Assembly (NCBI GenBank): GCA_963695225.1
Contig: OY968762.1
Span: 160,001 to 224,000, forward strand
Length of the DNA stretch: 64,000 nucleotides
Reading direction: 5' to 3'
Source: Vulcanimicrobiota bacterium
GTDB taxonomy: Bacteria; Vulcanimicrobiota; Vulcanimicrobiia; Vulcanimicrobiales; Vulcanimicrobiaceae
Under the pieces are notes generated by a model. The model searched no databases, was not told the DNA's origin, and saw nothing but the letters and a program-made list of their open reading frames with translations. Below, piece by piece: positions 9,522-20,179 of this stretch. The position numbers and the translations under genes are program-made. How positions within the stretch are numbered: position 1 is the first letter of the stretch; each line of letters opens with the position of its first letter.

Positions 9522-10657
9522 TGGGGCCGGGGCTCTACGTCCACCTCCCATTCTGTCCGTATCTGTGCCCGTATTGCGACTTTGCGAAGTGGCCGCTGCG
9601 GCGCAGCAGCGCCGCACGCTATCTCGCCGCGCTGGAAGCGCAGATCGCCGCCGCTCCGGCGTTCGCAGCGCGGACGCTGTTCTTGGGGGGCGGGACGCCG
9701 AACACGTACGCGCCGGAGGCGATCGTCGCGCTCGTCGCTCGCTTGCGCGAGCGTTTTGAACTCCCGGCGGACGCCGAGATCTCGATCGAAGTCAATCCGG
9801 ACCTTTCGCTGTGCGAAGGTTTCGAAGCGTACGCCGCGGCCGGGATCAACCGCTTGTCGGTCGGCGTGCAGTCGCTGGACGCGGAGGAACTCGTCCGGCT
9901 GGGGCGCCGCCACCGGCCGGCCGACGTGGCGGAGGTCGTGCGCCGTGCGCGCGCGGCCGGTTTCGCGAACCTCTCGATCGACCTGATGTTCGCGGTCCCG
10001 GGGCAAACGGTCGAATCGTGGCGCCGCACGCTCGACGCGGCGCTTGCGCTCGACCTGCCGCACCTCTCGACCTACGGCCTCACGATCGAGCCCGGGACGC
10101 GCTACGCCGCCTGGCAGGCGCGGGAGCCGGGCGCATTCGCCGATGAGGATACTGAAGCCGAATGTTACCGCATCGCGATCGAGGAACTCGGCGCGGCGGG
10201 TTACGAGCAGTACGAGCTGAGCAATTTCGCGAAACCCAGCTTCCGCTCAGCACACAATGCGAACTATTGGGCGAACGGTTCGTATCTCGGGCTCGGCGTC
10301 GGTGCGGCATCCTACCTAGACGGAGAACGGCGCACGACGACCCGGGACCTCGAGCGCTACTGCGAGGCGGCGCTCGCCGGAGAATCGGTCCCGGCGCAAT
10401 CCGAACGATTGGAGGGGGCAGCGTTGGTGGGCGAGGCAGCGATGCTGGCGCTGCGAACGAGCGAAGGGGTAGACTTCGCCGTGTTTGCGGAACGGTATGG
10501 GGTGGACTTCCCGAGCACCTATGCGCGCGAACTCGCCCGGCTCGTCCGCGACGGCCTGATCGCGCTCGGCGCGACGCACGCGGCCCTGACGCCGCGCGGC
10601 CGCTTCGTCGCGAACGACGTTTGCGCGGCGTTCCTCGCCCCGGTGCCGCGCTCGTGA
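9521..10657 (+). CDS. hemW: Radical SAM heme chaperone HemW
   Basis: YVHLPFCPYLCPYCDF, GGGTP, YELSNF, HNANYW. Confidence 0.92.
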   Translation: MGPGLYVHLPFCPYLCPYCDFAKWPLRRSSAARYLAALEAQIAAAPAFAARTLFLGGGTPNTYAPEAIVALVARLRERFELPADAEISIEVNPDLSLCEGFEAYAAAGINRLSVGVQSLDAEELVRLGRRHRPADVAEVVRRARAAGFANLSIDLMFAVPGQTVESWRRTLDAALALDLPHLSTYGLTIEPGTRYAAWQAREPGAFADEDTEAECYRIAIEELGAAGYEQYELSNFAKPSFRSAHNANYWANGSYLGLGVGAASYLDGERRTTTRDLERYCEAALAGESVPAQSERLEGAALVGEAAMLALRTSEGVDFAVFAERYGVDFPSTYARELARLVRDGLIALGATHAALTPRGRFVANDVCAAFLAPVPRS

Positions 10658-11730
10658 GATCGACTTCGATCCTGCGGCTCGTGTTCGCGGTCGTCTTCGC
10701 GACCACGGGCTTCCTGCTCGGGCACGAAGCGTTCTTGCATCTGATCTCGTTGCACGTCGCGAGCGAAGGTTGGCTCGTCGCGTTGACGATCGGGGTCCCA
10801 GTGGCGGGTGCGCTGATCGGCGTCTTTCTCGCTCCGCTCGCGCAGGTCGTCTTCGAACGGCAGCTCGCGCAGGTCGAAGCGGCGGTCGAGAGCCTCGAAC
10901 CCGGGCAGATCGCCGGCGGAGCCGTCGGGCTGATCGCGGGGCTCGTGATCGCCTGGCTCGTCAAGAGCGTGCTCTTCGAGTTCGTGACGAACGCGGGGCG
11001 CGCCGGCGGCTACATCGCGATCGTCCTCTACCTGCTCTTCAGCCTGTTCGCGGCGTATCTGGGAGCGCGCGTCGGCTCGAAACAATCGCTCCCGTCGCTC
11101 GGCGGGCGCCTCGCGCCCGGCACGGGCGCGATCCCGAAGATCATCGACACGTCGGTGATCGTCGACGGGCGGCTGCTCGAGATCGTCGCGAGCGGATTTC
11201 TCGACGGCCCCCTCGTCTTGCCGCGGTTCGTACTGCGCGAGTTGCAAACGATCGCGGATTCGGCGGACCCGATGAAGCGGCTGCGCGGCCGCCGGGGGCT
11301 CGAGGTACTCGCGAAGCTGCAGCAGATCGCGACGCTCGAGATCAGCGAACGAAATTACGACGACGTCGGCGGCGCGGTCGACGCGAAGCTCGTGCGGCTC
11401 GCCCAGGAACGCGGCGGGAAGCTCGTCACGAACGATTACAACCTCAATCGCGTGGCGCACGTCGAGGGCGTCGCGGTGCTGAACATCAACGAACTCGCGA
11501 ATGCGGTCAAACCCGTCATGCTCCCCGGCGAAGAGATGTCCGTCTCGATCGTGCGCGACGGAAAGGAACCGCATCAAGGCGTGGGCTACCTCGAAGACGG
11601 AACGATGATCGTGGTCGAGAACGGCCGGCGCTTGATGGGAGAAGAAGTCGACGTGCAGGTGACGAGCGTGCTGCAGACCGCAGCCGGGCGCATGATCTTC
11701 GCGAAGCCGAAGCGTTCGGCGCGCGCGTGA
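10654..11730 (+). CDS. Membrane PIN/TRAM-domain protein (YacL-like)
   Basis: Four TM segments, DTSVIVDGR, TNDYNLN, GKEPHQGVGYLEDGTMIVVE; typical position before ispD. Confidence 0.93.
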   Translation: MRSTSILRLVFAVVFATTGFLLGHEAFLHLISLHVASEGWLVALTIGVPVAGALIGVFLAPLAQVVFERQLAQVEAAVESLEPGQIAGGAVGLIAGLVIAWLVKSVLFEFVTNAGRAGGYIAIVLYLLFSLFAAYLGARVGSKQSLPSLGGRLAPGTGAIPKIIDTSVIVDGRLLEIVASGFLDGPLVLPRFVLRELQTIADSADPMKRLRGRRGLEVLAKLQQIATLEISERNYDDVGGAVDAKLVRLAQERGGKLVTNDYNLNRVAHVEGVAVLNINELANAVKPVMLPGEEMSVSIVRDGKEPHQGVGYLEDGTMIVVENGRRLMGEEVDVQVTSVLQTAAGRMIFAKPKRSARA

Positions 11731-12437
11731 GCGTGGCGAACGCATTGCGCTGGGGGGCGATCGTCGTCGCCGCCGGCCGCGGGGTGCGCTTCGGGGCGCC
11801 GAAGCAGTTCATCGAGCTGGCGGGGCGGCCGATGGTTGCCTGGTCGATTGCGACGTTCGCCGCGCTCGACGCGGTTCGGGAGATCGTCGTCACCTCGGAG
11901 GCGGATTCGCTCGAAGCGATGGATGCCGTCCTCGCTCGCCACGCGCCGAACGTCGCGGCCTCGGCCGTGCTGGGCGGCGCGACGCGGCAGCACAGCGTCC
12001 GCAACGCGCTCGCCGCGCTCTCACACGAGATCGATGCCGTCTTCGTGCACGACGGGGCGCGGCCGCTCGTTTGCCGCGACGACGTCCTCGCCGGGATGGC
12101 CCTGGTCGCGCCGGGGCGCGCCGCGTTGCTCGCCGTGCCCGTCGTCGACACGATCAAGGTCGTCCCGCGCGGCGCCCGGCGCGTCGAACGGACGCTCGAA
12201 CGCGAGACGCTGTGGGCGGCGCAAACGCCGCAATTCGCGATGCTTGCCGATCTGCTGCGCGCTCACGCGGCGGCCGCGGGCGACGGCGCGACGGACGATG
12301 CGGCGCTGCTCGAGGCGCTGGGGATCGAGGTCGTCGTGGTCCCGGCGAGCGCCGAGAATTTCAAGGTCACGCTCCCCGCCGACCGGGCGCGAGCCGACGC
12401 GCTGCTCGCCCCGCGCGCGCGTGAGGTCGCACGATGA
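11727..12437 (+). CDS. ispD: 2-C-methyl-D-erythritol 4-phosphate cytidylyltransferase
   Basis: AAGRGVRFG..PKQF, GGATRQHSV, VHDGARP, AQTPQ, TDDA. Confidence 0.96.
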   Translation: MSVANALRWGAIVVAAGRGVRFGAPKQFIELAGRPMVAWSIATFAALDAVREIVVTSEADSLEAMDAVLARHAPNVAASAVLGGATRQHSVRNALAALSHEIDAVFVHDGARPLVCRDDVLAGMALVAPGRAALLAVPVVDTIKVVPRGARRVERTLERETLWAAQTPQFAMLADLLRAHAAAAGDGATDDAALLEALGIEVVVVPASAENFKVTLPADRARADALLAPRAREVAR

Positions 12438-12922
12438 CGCTGCCTCCGTTCCGCGTCGGGCACGGCTTCGATGCCCACCGGCTCGTGCCGGAACGCGCGT
12501 TCATCCTCGGCGGCGTCACGATTCCGTTCGAGCGCGGGCCGCTCGGGCATTCCGATGCGGACGTGCTCGCGCACGCGCTCTCCGATGCGATCCTCGGCGC
12601 GTGCGCGCTCGGCGATCTCGGCGCGCATTTCCCCGATAGCGATCCGCGCTGGAAAGGCGCCGATTCGCTGCAGCTCCTCGCGCATTGCGTTCGGCTCGCG
12701 AACGAGGCGGGCTACGCGCTCGGAAACCTCGACGCGACGGTCGTCGTCCAGGCCCCAAAGCTCGCCCCGCATCTCGCGGCGATTCGCGCGTGCGTCGCGG
12801 AGACGGTCGGGCTCGACGAGCGAGCCGTCAGCGTGAAGGCGAAGACGAGCGAGGGGATGGGCTACACCGGCGACGGGAGCGGGATCGCGGCCTACGCGGT
12901 CGCGCTCGTGGTCGCGCGCTGA
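12434..12922 (+). CDS. ispF: 2-C-methyl-D-erythritol 2,4-cyclodiphosphate synthase
   Basis: RVGHGFDAH, GHSDADV, GDLGAHFPD, KAKTSE. Confidence 0.97.
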   Translation: MTLPPFRVGHGFDAHRLVPERAFILGGVTIPFERGPLGHSDADVLAHALSDAILGACALGDLGAHFPDSDPRWKGADSLQLLAHCVRLANEAGYALGNLDATVVVQAPKLAPHLAAIRACVAETVGLDERAVSVKAKTSEGMGYTGDGSGIAAYAVALVVAR

Positions 12923-13503
12923 GCCCGCTCGGAGCGCTGCCGCGCGACGAAGCGCGCGAGGCGCTGCGGCAGGCGATGCAAGATGCCGGAATCTTGGAAT
13001 CTCCGGCCCCGGAGGCGGCGATGCGCTGGATCGACACGTTCATCGACGCCTACGGCTCGAGCGCGTCCGCGCAGGAGGCGCTTCCGGTCGTGCGCGCCCT
13101 GCGGGCGGAATCGGCGCTCGTTCCCGCCCTCGAGCTGGAGCGCTTGCGCAACCGGCAAGTCGTGTTCTTCCTCGACACCGTCGGTCAATACGTCGACGAC
13201 CAAGCGGAACTGCGCGGTTTGCCGCTGGAACACGATCTCGGCGAGATCGCTGCGGAGTTCGGCCTCGCCCCCGCAGACGCGTACCGGGCGGTGCGCACGG
13301 CCCTTACGGGCCGTTCCGACGGGCCGCCGCTCGAGTTGCTCTTTCCGTTGCTCGGGCACGATCGCATCCTGATGCGGATCGGGGCGATCTCCTCGCACCT
13401 CCTGCACGGACGGGGGCTCGAGCCGATCCGGTACGGCCCCGACGGCCGGCCGTTCGAGACGCTCGGCGGGCGCAAGCCGGAAACCGGGGACGGTATCCCG
13501 TAG
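12919..13503 (+). CDS. Stand-alone glutamyl-tRNA synthetase anticodon-binding-domain-like protein
   Basis: VRTALTGRSDGPPLELLFPLLGHDRILMRI resembles the GluRS C-terminus; no HIGH/KMSKS; occupies the gltX slot between ispF and cysE. Confidence 0.72.
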   Translation: MSPLGALPRDEAREALRQAMQDAGILESPAPEAAMRWIDTFIDAYGSSASAQEALPVVRALRAESALVPALELERLRNRQVVFFLDTVGQYVDDQAELRGLPLEHDLGEIAAEFGLAPADAYRAVRTALTGRSDGPPLELLFPLLGHDRILMRIGAISSHLLHGRGLEPIRYGPDGRPFETLGGRKPETGDGIP

Positions 13504-13514
13504 GTTACCGGATC

Positions 13515-14214
13515 GTGAGCGTCTTCCAGAACATCCTCGCCGATCTCCAAGCTCCGATCGACCGCGATCCCGCCGCCCGCGGGCGTCTCGACGTGCTGCT
13601 TTCGTATCCCGGCTTCCATGCCGTCACGGCGCACCGCTTGATCCACGCGCTGCACCAAACGGGGCTGCCGATCGTGCCGCGCTTTCTCTCGCAGGTCGTG
13701 CGTTTTGCGACAGGGATCGAGATCCACCCCGGTGCGCGGATCGGCAAGGGGTTCTTCATCGATCACGGCATGGGCGTGGTGATCGGCGAGACGTGCGAGA
13801 TCGGCGACGACGTGACGATCTACCAGGGCGTCACGCTCGGCGGCACGAGCCTGACGGCGGGGAAGCGGCATCCCACGCTCGGCAACCGCGTGACGGTCGG
13901 CGTCAACGCGGCGGTCCTCGGTGCGATCACGCTCGCCGACGGCGCGAAGGTCGGGGCGGGTTCGGTCGTCGTGCACGACGTCCCGCCGAACGCGACTGTC
14001 GTCGGCGTCCCGGGGCACGTCGTCGCGCAGGACGGCAAGGCCGTGCGCCCGGTCGTGCCGCGCTCGCAAGTCGATATGCCCGACCCGGAAGGCGCGTTGA
14101 TCGAGCGCCTGACCGAGCGCATCGCCGCGCTCGAAGCGCGCCTCGCTTCGCTCGAGAACGTGCCCCGTTCCGCACGAACCTCCGCGAGCGTCAACTCGGT
14201 AGCCGCCTTCGACG

Positions 14215-14234
<20 letters not shown>
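13515..14234 (+). CDS. cysE: Serine O-acetyltransferase
   Basis: RDPAA, TGIEIHPGA, FIDHGMGVVIGET, KRHPTLG. Confidence 0.96.
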
Positions 14235-15710
<1,476 letters not shown>

Positions 15711-15714
<4 letters not shown>

Positions 15715-16529
15715 GCTCGAAGCGAGCAGTTCCGGGGCGCCGCTTCACGCAGCGTCCGGAGCGGATCGATCTCGACGAAGTGATCTACGGCGTCCACGCC
15801 GTGGAAGAGGCGCTCGCAGGGGAAGAAGTGCTGCGGAAGATCCACGTCGGCGACGAGCGCAAGCGCGACCCGGCGCTCCAGGCGTTGCTCGAGCAGGCGC
15901 GCGAGCGCGAGGTCACGGTCTTCTTCGAACCGCGCACGTTCTTCGCGCAGTTTCCCTACCGCGCGCACCAGCAGGTCGTCGCCTTCGGCCCGCCGTTCGA
16001 TTACACGACAGTGGAGGAGGCGCTGGCGGCGCGGCGGCCGGGGCAGGGAGCGCTCGTCGTCGTGCTCGACCACATCACCGATCCGCACAACGCGGGGGCG
16101 ATCCTCCGCAGCGCGGAGTGCGCCGGGGCGGATCTCGTGGTCCTGCCCGAACGCCGGTCCGTCGGCATCAACGCGACGGTGCGCAAGGCAGCCGCCGGGG
16201 CAACGGCCTACTTGCCGGTTGCCCGGGTCGCCAACGTGGCCCAGGAACTGCGGCGGCTGAAGAAGGCCGGGCTCTGGGTCGCCGGGGCGGCCGTCGGCGG
16301 CGGCGCGGTGCCGTACACGCAGGCGGATTTCGTCCGGGACCTCGTCCTCGTGATCGGGGCCGAGGGCGACGGGATCTCGCAAATCGTTCGGGCGGAGTGC
16401 GATTTTCTCGTCGAGATCCCGCTCGCGGGCCGGATCGGCTCCCTGAACGCCTCCGTCGCCGCGGCGGTCTTGCTCTTCGAGGCGCGGCGCCAACGGGGGC
16501 CGCGCGAGACTAACCCGCCCGCCGAATGA
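15711..16529 (+). CDS. rlmB: 23S rRNA Gm2251 methyltransferase RlmB (TrmH family)
   Basis: IYGVHAV, DPHNAGAILRSA, GAEGDG, SLNASVA; follows cysS. Confidence 0.93.
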
Positions 16530-16554
16530 GGCCTTCCGCCTCCTCCCGCCGTCC

Positions 16555-16583
16555 TTGACCGCGTAGCAGGAGCCTCCTATAAT
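16555..16583 (+). promoter_or_regulatory. Sigma70-type promoter of sigH
   Basis: TTGACC (16555-60), 17-nt spacer, TATAAT (16578-83). Confidence 0.8.
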
Positions 16584-16658
16584 AGTCCGGATGTGGTCGG
16601 TACGACGGGCCCCGGCTCGCGCCTTCGCCCACATTGGTCCGAAGGGAGCAGACAATAG

Positions 16659-17300
16659 ATGGCAGTCACCGCACCGGAGGCGCTCGATTACCACGAGCGG
16701 AGCGACGAAGATCTGGTGTCGGCGGCTAAATCCGGCGACAATCTTGCGATGGAGTTCCTGTTAAATAAATACAAGAACTTCGTGCGGATCAAGGCAAAGA
16801 GTTATTTCCTCATCGGGGCCGATCGTGAAGACATCATCCAAGAAGGGATGATTGGGCTCTACAAAGCCGTTCGAGATTTCAAGGCCGACAAGCTCTCGAG
16901 CTTTCGCGCCTTCGCCGAGCTCTGCATCACGCGGCAGATCATCACGGCGATCAAGACGGCGACGCGTCAAAAGCATATTCCGCTCAATCAGTACATCTCG
17001 CTGAACAAGCCGATTTACGATGAGGACAGCGAGCGGACGTTGCTTGACGTCATGGCCGCCCAGAAGTCTTCCGACCCCGAAGAGCTCGTGATCAACCAGG
17101 AAGTATCCGAGGACATCAAGGAGCGCATCCAAGAGAACCTCTCGGATCTCGAGTCGCAGGTGTTGCTCTCGTACCTGGAAGGCAAGAGCTATCAGGAAAT
17201 GGCCCGCGACCTGAACCGCCACGTCAAATCGATCGACAACGCGCTGCAACGCGTCAAGCGGAAGATCGAGAAGAACCTCGCCGAGATCGAGCTACCGTAG
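16659..17300 (+). CDS. sigH: RNA polymerase sigma factor SigH (Firmicutes type)
   Basis: YFLIGADREDIIQEGMIGLYKA, AELCITRQIITAIKTATRQKHIPLN, KSIDNALQRVKRK. Confidence 0.96.
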   Translation: MAVTAPEALDYHERSDEDLVSAAKSGDNLAMEFLLNKYKNFVRIKAKSYFLIGADREDIIQEGMIGLYKAVRDFKADKLSSFRAFAELCITRQIITAIKTATRQKHIPLNQYISLNKPIYDEDSERTLLDVMAAQKSSDPEELVINQEVSEDIKERIQENLSDLESQVLLSYLEGKSYQEMARDLNRHVKSIDNALQRVKRKIEKNLAEIELP

Positions 17301-17461
17301 CCCGAACTCGTGCCGTACGGATACGGCAGGAACGAACCTTCGAATGCGGGAGAGCGAGCGTGCTTCTCTCGCATTCGCGTCTACGGCGCCTTTACGGCAC
17401 CGCGCGGCGCGACGAGGACGCCGGCCGCCGAAGTCTGAAGGTTCGCACCGTGAAGTCGAAC

Positions 17462-17535
17462 GCCGACGTAGCTTAGTTGGCTAAAGCAGCAGTTTTGTAA
17501 ACTGCCTACCGCCGGTTCGAATCCGGCCGTCGGCT
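17462..17535 (+). tRNA. tRNA-Thr(UGU), CCA not encoded
   Basis: Acceptor GCCGACG/CGTCGGC, anticodon arm GCAGT-TTTGTAA-ACTGC, GGTTCGAATCC. Confidence 0.93.
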
Positions 17536-17629
17536 CCGATCGTCCCCGGGAGTCTCCGCCGAGCGCGCGGGAAGGCGCGCGACGAGCGACAGGAGCTCTC
17601 CGGCGGGGGGCCAAAAGGTGAGCGGTCCC

Positions 17630-17717
17630 GGGTAGGTGGTCGAGTGGTTAAAGGCACCGGACTGTAAATTCGGCGCGCGAGAGCGCTACGCAGGTTCGAA
17701 TCCTGCCCTGCCCACCA
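17630..17717 (+). tRNA. tRNA-Tyr(GUA)
   Basis: Anticodon loop CTGTAAA, long variable arm, GGTTCGAATCC, CCA end. Confidence 0.96.
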
Positions 17718-17724
17718 GGACGTC

Positions 17725-17798
17725 GCGGGCGTTGCATAATGGTAATGCCCTTGCCTTCCAAGCAAGAGTCGCGGGTTCGATTCCCGCCGCCCGCTCCA
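17725..17798 (+). tRNA. tRNA-Gly(UCC)
   Basis: GCGGGCG/CGCCCGC, CTTGC-CTTCCAA-GCAAG, CCA end. Confidence 0.96.
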
Positions 17799-17831
17799 AA
17801 AACTTCAAAACGTCTGCCGGCCCGCCGGCCC

Positions 17832-17906
17832 GCCCCTGTAGCTCAGTGGTAGAGCACGTCATTGGTAATGACGAGGTCGTGAGTTCAATCCTCACCGGGG
17901 GCTCCA
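17832..17906 (+). tRNA. tRNA-Thr(GGU)
   Basis: CGTCA-TTGGTAA-TGACG anticodon arm, CCA end. Confidence 0.96.
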
Positions 17907-17918
17907 GATTTGAAATGC

Positions 17919-17953
17919 AAGCGGCCCGCCGGCGCTCTGCCGGCGGGCCGCTT
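17919..17953. terminator. Hairpin between the tRNA operon and a convergent gene (probable terminator)
   Basis: Perfect 15-bp stem AAGCGGCCCGCCGGC/GCCGGCGGGCCGCTT, 5-nt loop; only short U tracts. Confidence 0.65.
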
Positions 17954-17970
17954 CCGAACGCGGTCGGGTC

Positions 17971-18171
17971 CTACTTAGGACACTTGACGAACTTGCCGGT
18001 CTTGGGGTCCTTACACGACTTGGGCTTTGCTTTCATCGCGGGTGCGGCCGTCGCGACCGGGCACTTGACGAACTTGCCCTTGGCGTCGCGGCAGGTCTTG
18101 GCGGAAGCCATGCCGCTGCTGAGGGTGAGGGCGAACGCGAAGGCCAGGATAGCCGAAAGAAGACGAGCCAA
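17971..18171 (-). CDS. Small secreted basic protein with two C-x-D-x(2,3)-GKFVKC repeats
   Basis: AGGAGA RBS before TTG, signal peptide, CRDAKGKFVKC and CKDPKTGKFVKC. Confidence 0.75.
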   Translation of the reverse strand: MARLLSAILAFAFALTLSSGMASAKTCRDAKGKFVKCPVATAAPAMKAKPKSCKDPKTGKFVKCPK

Positions 18172-18344
18172 TTGGGGGGTCTCCTGTTTGGAAGTAATCT
18201 CGTCGAGTAACGAGACTTGCGGCCGATTCGTCTTAGGTGGCACCCGGTTCCCGCTGCCCGCGACATTTCCGCGCCGGAACGCGCAGGCTCTTCCGTCCGC
18301 GGGTACGTGAACTACCCGGAACGGTTACGGCTATACTGGGAGGG

Positions 18345-18584
18345 ATGTCGCAAGCCCAGGATCTGGCCAAGGCCCTCAACACCCTCGCAAAGCTTCCCCA
18401 GTTCTCGTACGTGAAGGCGCGCGCGACCGCGCGCGCCGACGGGAACGTCGACTGGCCCCGGACGAAGGCCCTCAACGAGGACTTCAACGCCGAAGTCGAC
18501 GGCTGCGAGGACTTCGTGATGCGCGACGGCAGCGTGTGCGCCTGGAACGCCGGCCGTTTTTCGTACGGCGCGCGGAAGATCTGA
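18345..18584 (+). CDS. Hypothetical protein (79 aa), probably leaderless
   Basis: Genome-typical codon use; TATACT 7 nt before ATG. Confidence 0.65.
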   Translation: MSQAQDLAKALNTLAKLPQFSYVKARATARADGNVDWPRTKALNEDFNAEVDGCEDFVMRDGSVCAWNAGRFSYGARKI

Positions 18585-18602
18585 GCGGGCCGGAAGAACG
18601 TG

Positions 18603-18739
18603 GGAGGGGCGGCCGTTTGCGACCGCCCCTCCGCACGCCCCCGGCGTCATCCTTCGAGCGCACCCTTCGATGTGCTCACCCTTCGATGTGCTCACCCTTC
18701 GACGAGTTCAGGGTGAGCCTGCCGCAAGCTTAGGGTGAC
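18603..18739. repeat. REP-like palindromes plus 16-bp tandem repeat
   Basis: Hairpin GGAGGGGCGG..CCGCCCCTCC (18603-32); CACCCTTCGATGTGCT x2.6 (18661-18702); then two AGGGTGA complements. Confidence 0.75.
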
Positions 18740-18748
18740 TCGTTACGG

Positions 18749-20179
18749 CTAGAACAGGTTCCAGAGGTACTGGTTGTAGACTTCGTGGTGGTATTGGACT
18801 TCTTGCGCCTTGACGAACGTGCCGAGCGCGCGCGGGCAACGGTCGGCGCTGGCCTCCTTGAGATCGGCGTAGCGTGCCTTCACGTCTTCGGTGAGCAGTT
18901 CGGTCGTCCAGGCGGCCTCGCGGAAGTACGTGAGCGCGTCGTAGATGTTGTCGGGCAGGTAGCGCTGCGCCTGGCGCAGGTTTTCCACGTCGCTGATCGT
19001 GCCTTCGAGCCCCGTCTTGAAGACGGCGAGCATCACGAGGTACGGGTTGGCGTCCGGCGCGACCGAACGGACTTCGACGCGCGAACTGCGTTCGTTGCCG
19101 AATGGGATGCGGATCATCGATCCCCGGTCGATCGCCGAAGCCTTGATCTGATTCGGCGCCTCGAAGTGCGGGTCGAGACGGCGGTATGCGTTGACGCTCG
19201 AGTTTAGGAGCAAACAGATATCGTTGCCGTGTGTGAGGATGCGGTCGGTGAAATCCCAGGCCAGCGCGCTGATCCGCTCTTCGCCGTTCGGATCCCAGAA
19301 GAGGTTCTTTCCGTCCTTCGAGACGGAGACGTTCGTGTGCATGCCGTTGCCGTTCACGCCGACGACGGGCTTGGGCAGGAAGCTCACCGTCATCCCGAGC
19401 TTCGTCGCGACCTGCCGGCAGATCAGCTTGTAGAGCTGGATCTGATCGGCGGCTTGGACGACCTCGCCGTAGCTGTAGTTGATCTCGAACTGCGAGGGCG
19501 CGACTTCGGGGTGGTCCTTCTCGTTCTCGAAGCCCATGGCGCGCTGCACTTCGGCGACCGTGTCGATGAACGTGCGTAGCGGATCGCCCGGCAGCGAGTG
19601 ATAGTAGCCGCCGGTGTTGACGTACTCGAACTTGCCGGTCTCGTGATAGCGCCGTTCTGCATCGAGACCGCTGAACACGAAGCCTTCGATCTCGTTGGCG
19701 GCGTTGAGCGTGTAGCCGTTCTTCTCGAACTGCTCGGCCGCGAACGACTTGAGGACGCCGCGGATGTCGGCGGTGTACGGCGTCCCGTCCCGGTCGAGGA
19801 CTTCGCCGAAGACGAGAACCTTACCGGACCCGAAGATGTCCGCGGGAGCCCAATAGAACGACGGCCAGTCGATGCGCAAGCGCAGGTCGCTTTCGCGTTG
19901 CGGAGTGAAGCCGCGGATCGAGGAACCGTCGAACGTGAGATTGTCATAGGAACTCAGCAAGAATTTCTTGTCGTAGTCCAGCATGTGGAGCCGGCCTTCG
20001 AGATCGCTGAAGAGGACGGTCACCGCCTTGATCCGGTTCTCGCCGGCCAAGTACTTGAGCCGCTCTTCCTGGATCTGCTGCGCCGGAACGCGATCTTTGC
20101 GCTGCTTCTTCGCAACGAGATTCAGCGCTTCCAACTCGCTGTACGGGAGCGCGAGGAAGTCGCGCAGTTCGGTACTCAT
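18749..20179 (-). CDS. glnA: Glutamine synthetase family protein
   Basis: FDGSSIRGF, EIEGF, HPEVAPSQFEI, FLPKP, NGNGMH, YRRL, EVRS; AAGGAG RBS. Confidence 0.9.
   Translation of the reverse strand: MSTELRDFLALPYSELEALNLVAKKQRKDRVPAQQIQEERLKYLAGENRIKAVTVLFSDLEGRLHMLDYDKKFLLSSYDNLTFDGSSIRGFTPQRESDLRLRIDWPSFYWAPADIFGSGKVLVFGEVLDRDGTPYTADIRGVLKSFAAEQFEKNGYTLNAANEIEGFVFSGLDAERRYHETGKFEYVNTGGYYHSLPGDPLRTFIDTVAEVQRAMGFENEKDHPEVAPSQFEINYSYGEVVQAADQIQLYKLICRQVATKLGMTVSFLPKPVVGVNGNGMHTNVSVSKDGKNLFWDPNGEERISALAWDFTDRILTHGNDICLLLNSSVNAYRRLDPHFEAPNQIKASAIDRGSMIRIPFGNERSSRVEVRSVAPDANPYLVMLAVFKTGLEGTISDVENLRQAQRYLPDNIYDALTYFREAAWTTELLTEDVKARYADLKEASADRCPRALGTFVKAQEVQYHHEVYNQYLWNLF

Noticed and set aside
13504..13514. 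Cys T-box leader before cysE
   Set aside because: Only 11 nt of intergenic space and no T-box motif seen
18661..18702. Tandem repeat as a CRISPR array
   Set aside because: 16-bp units with no spacers and no cas genes
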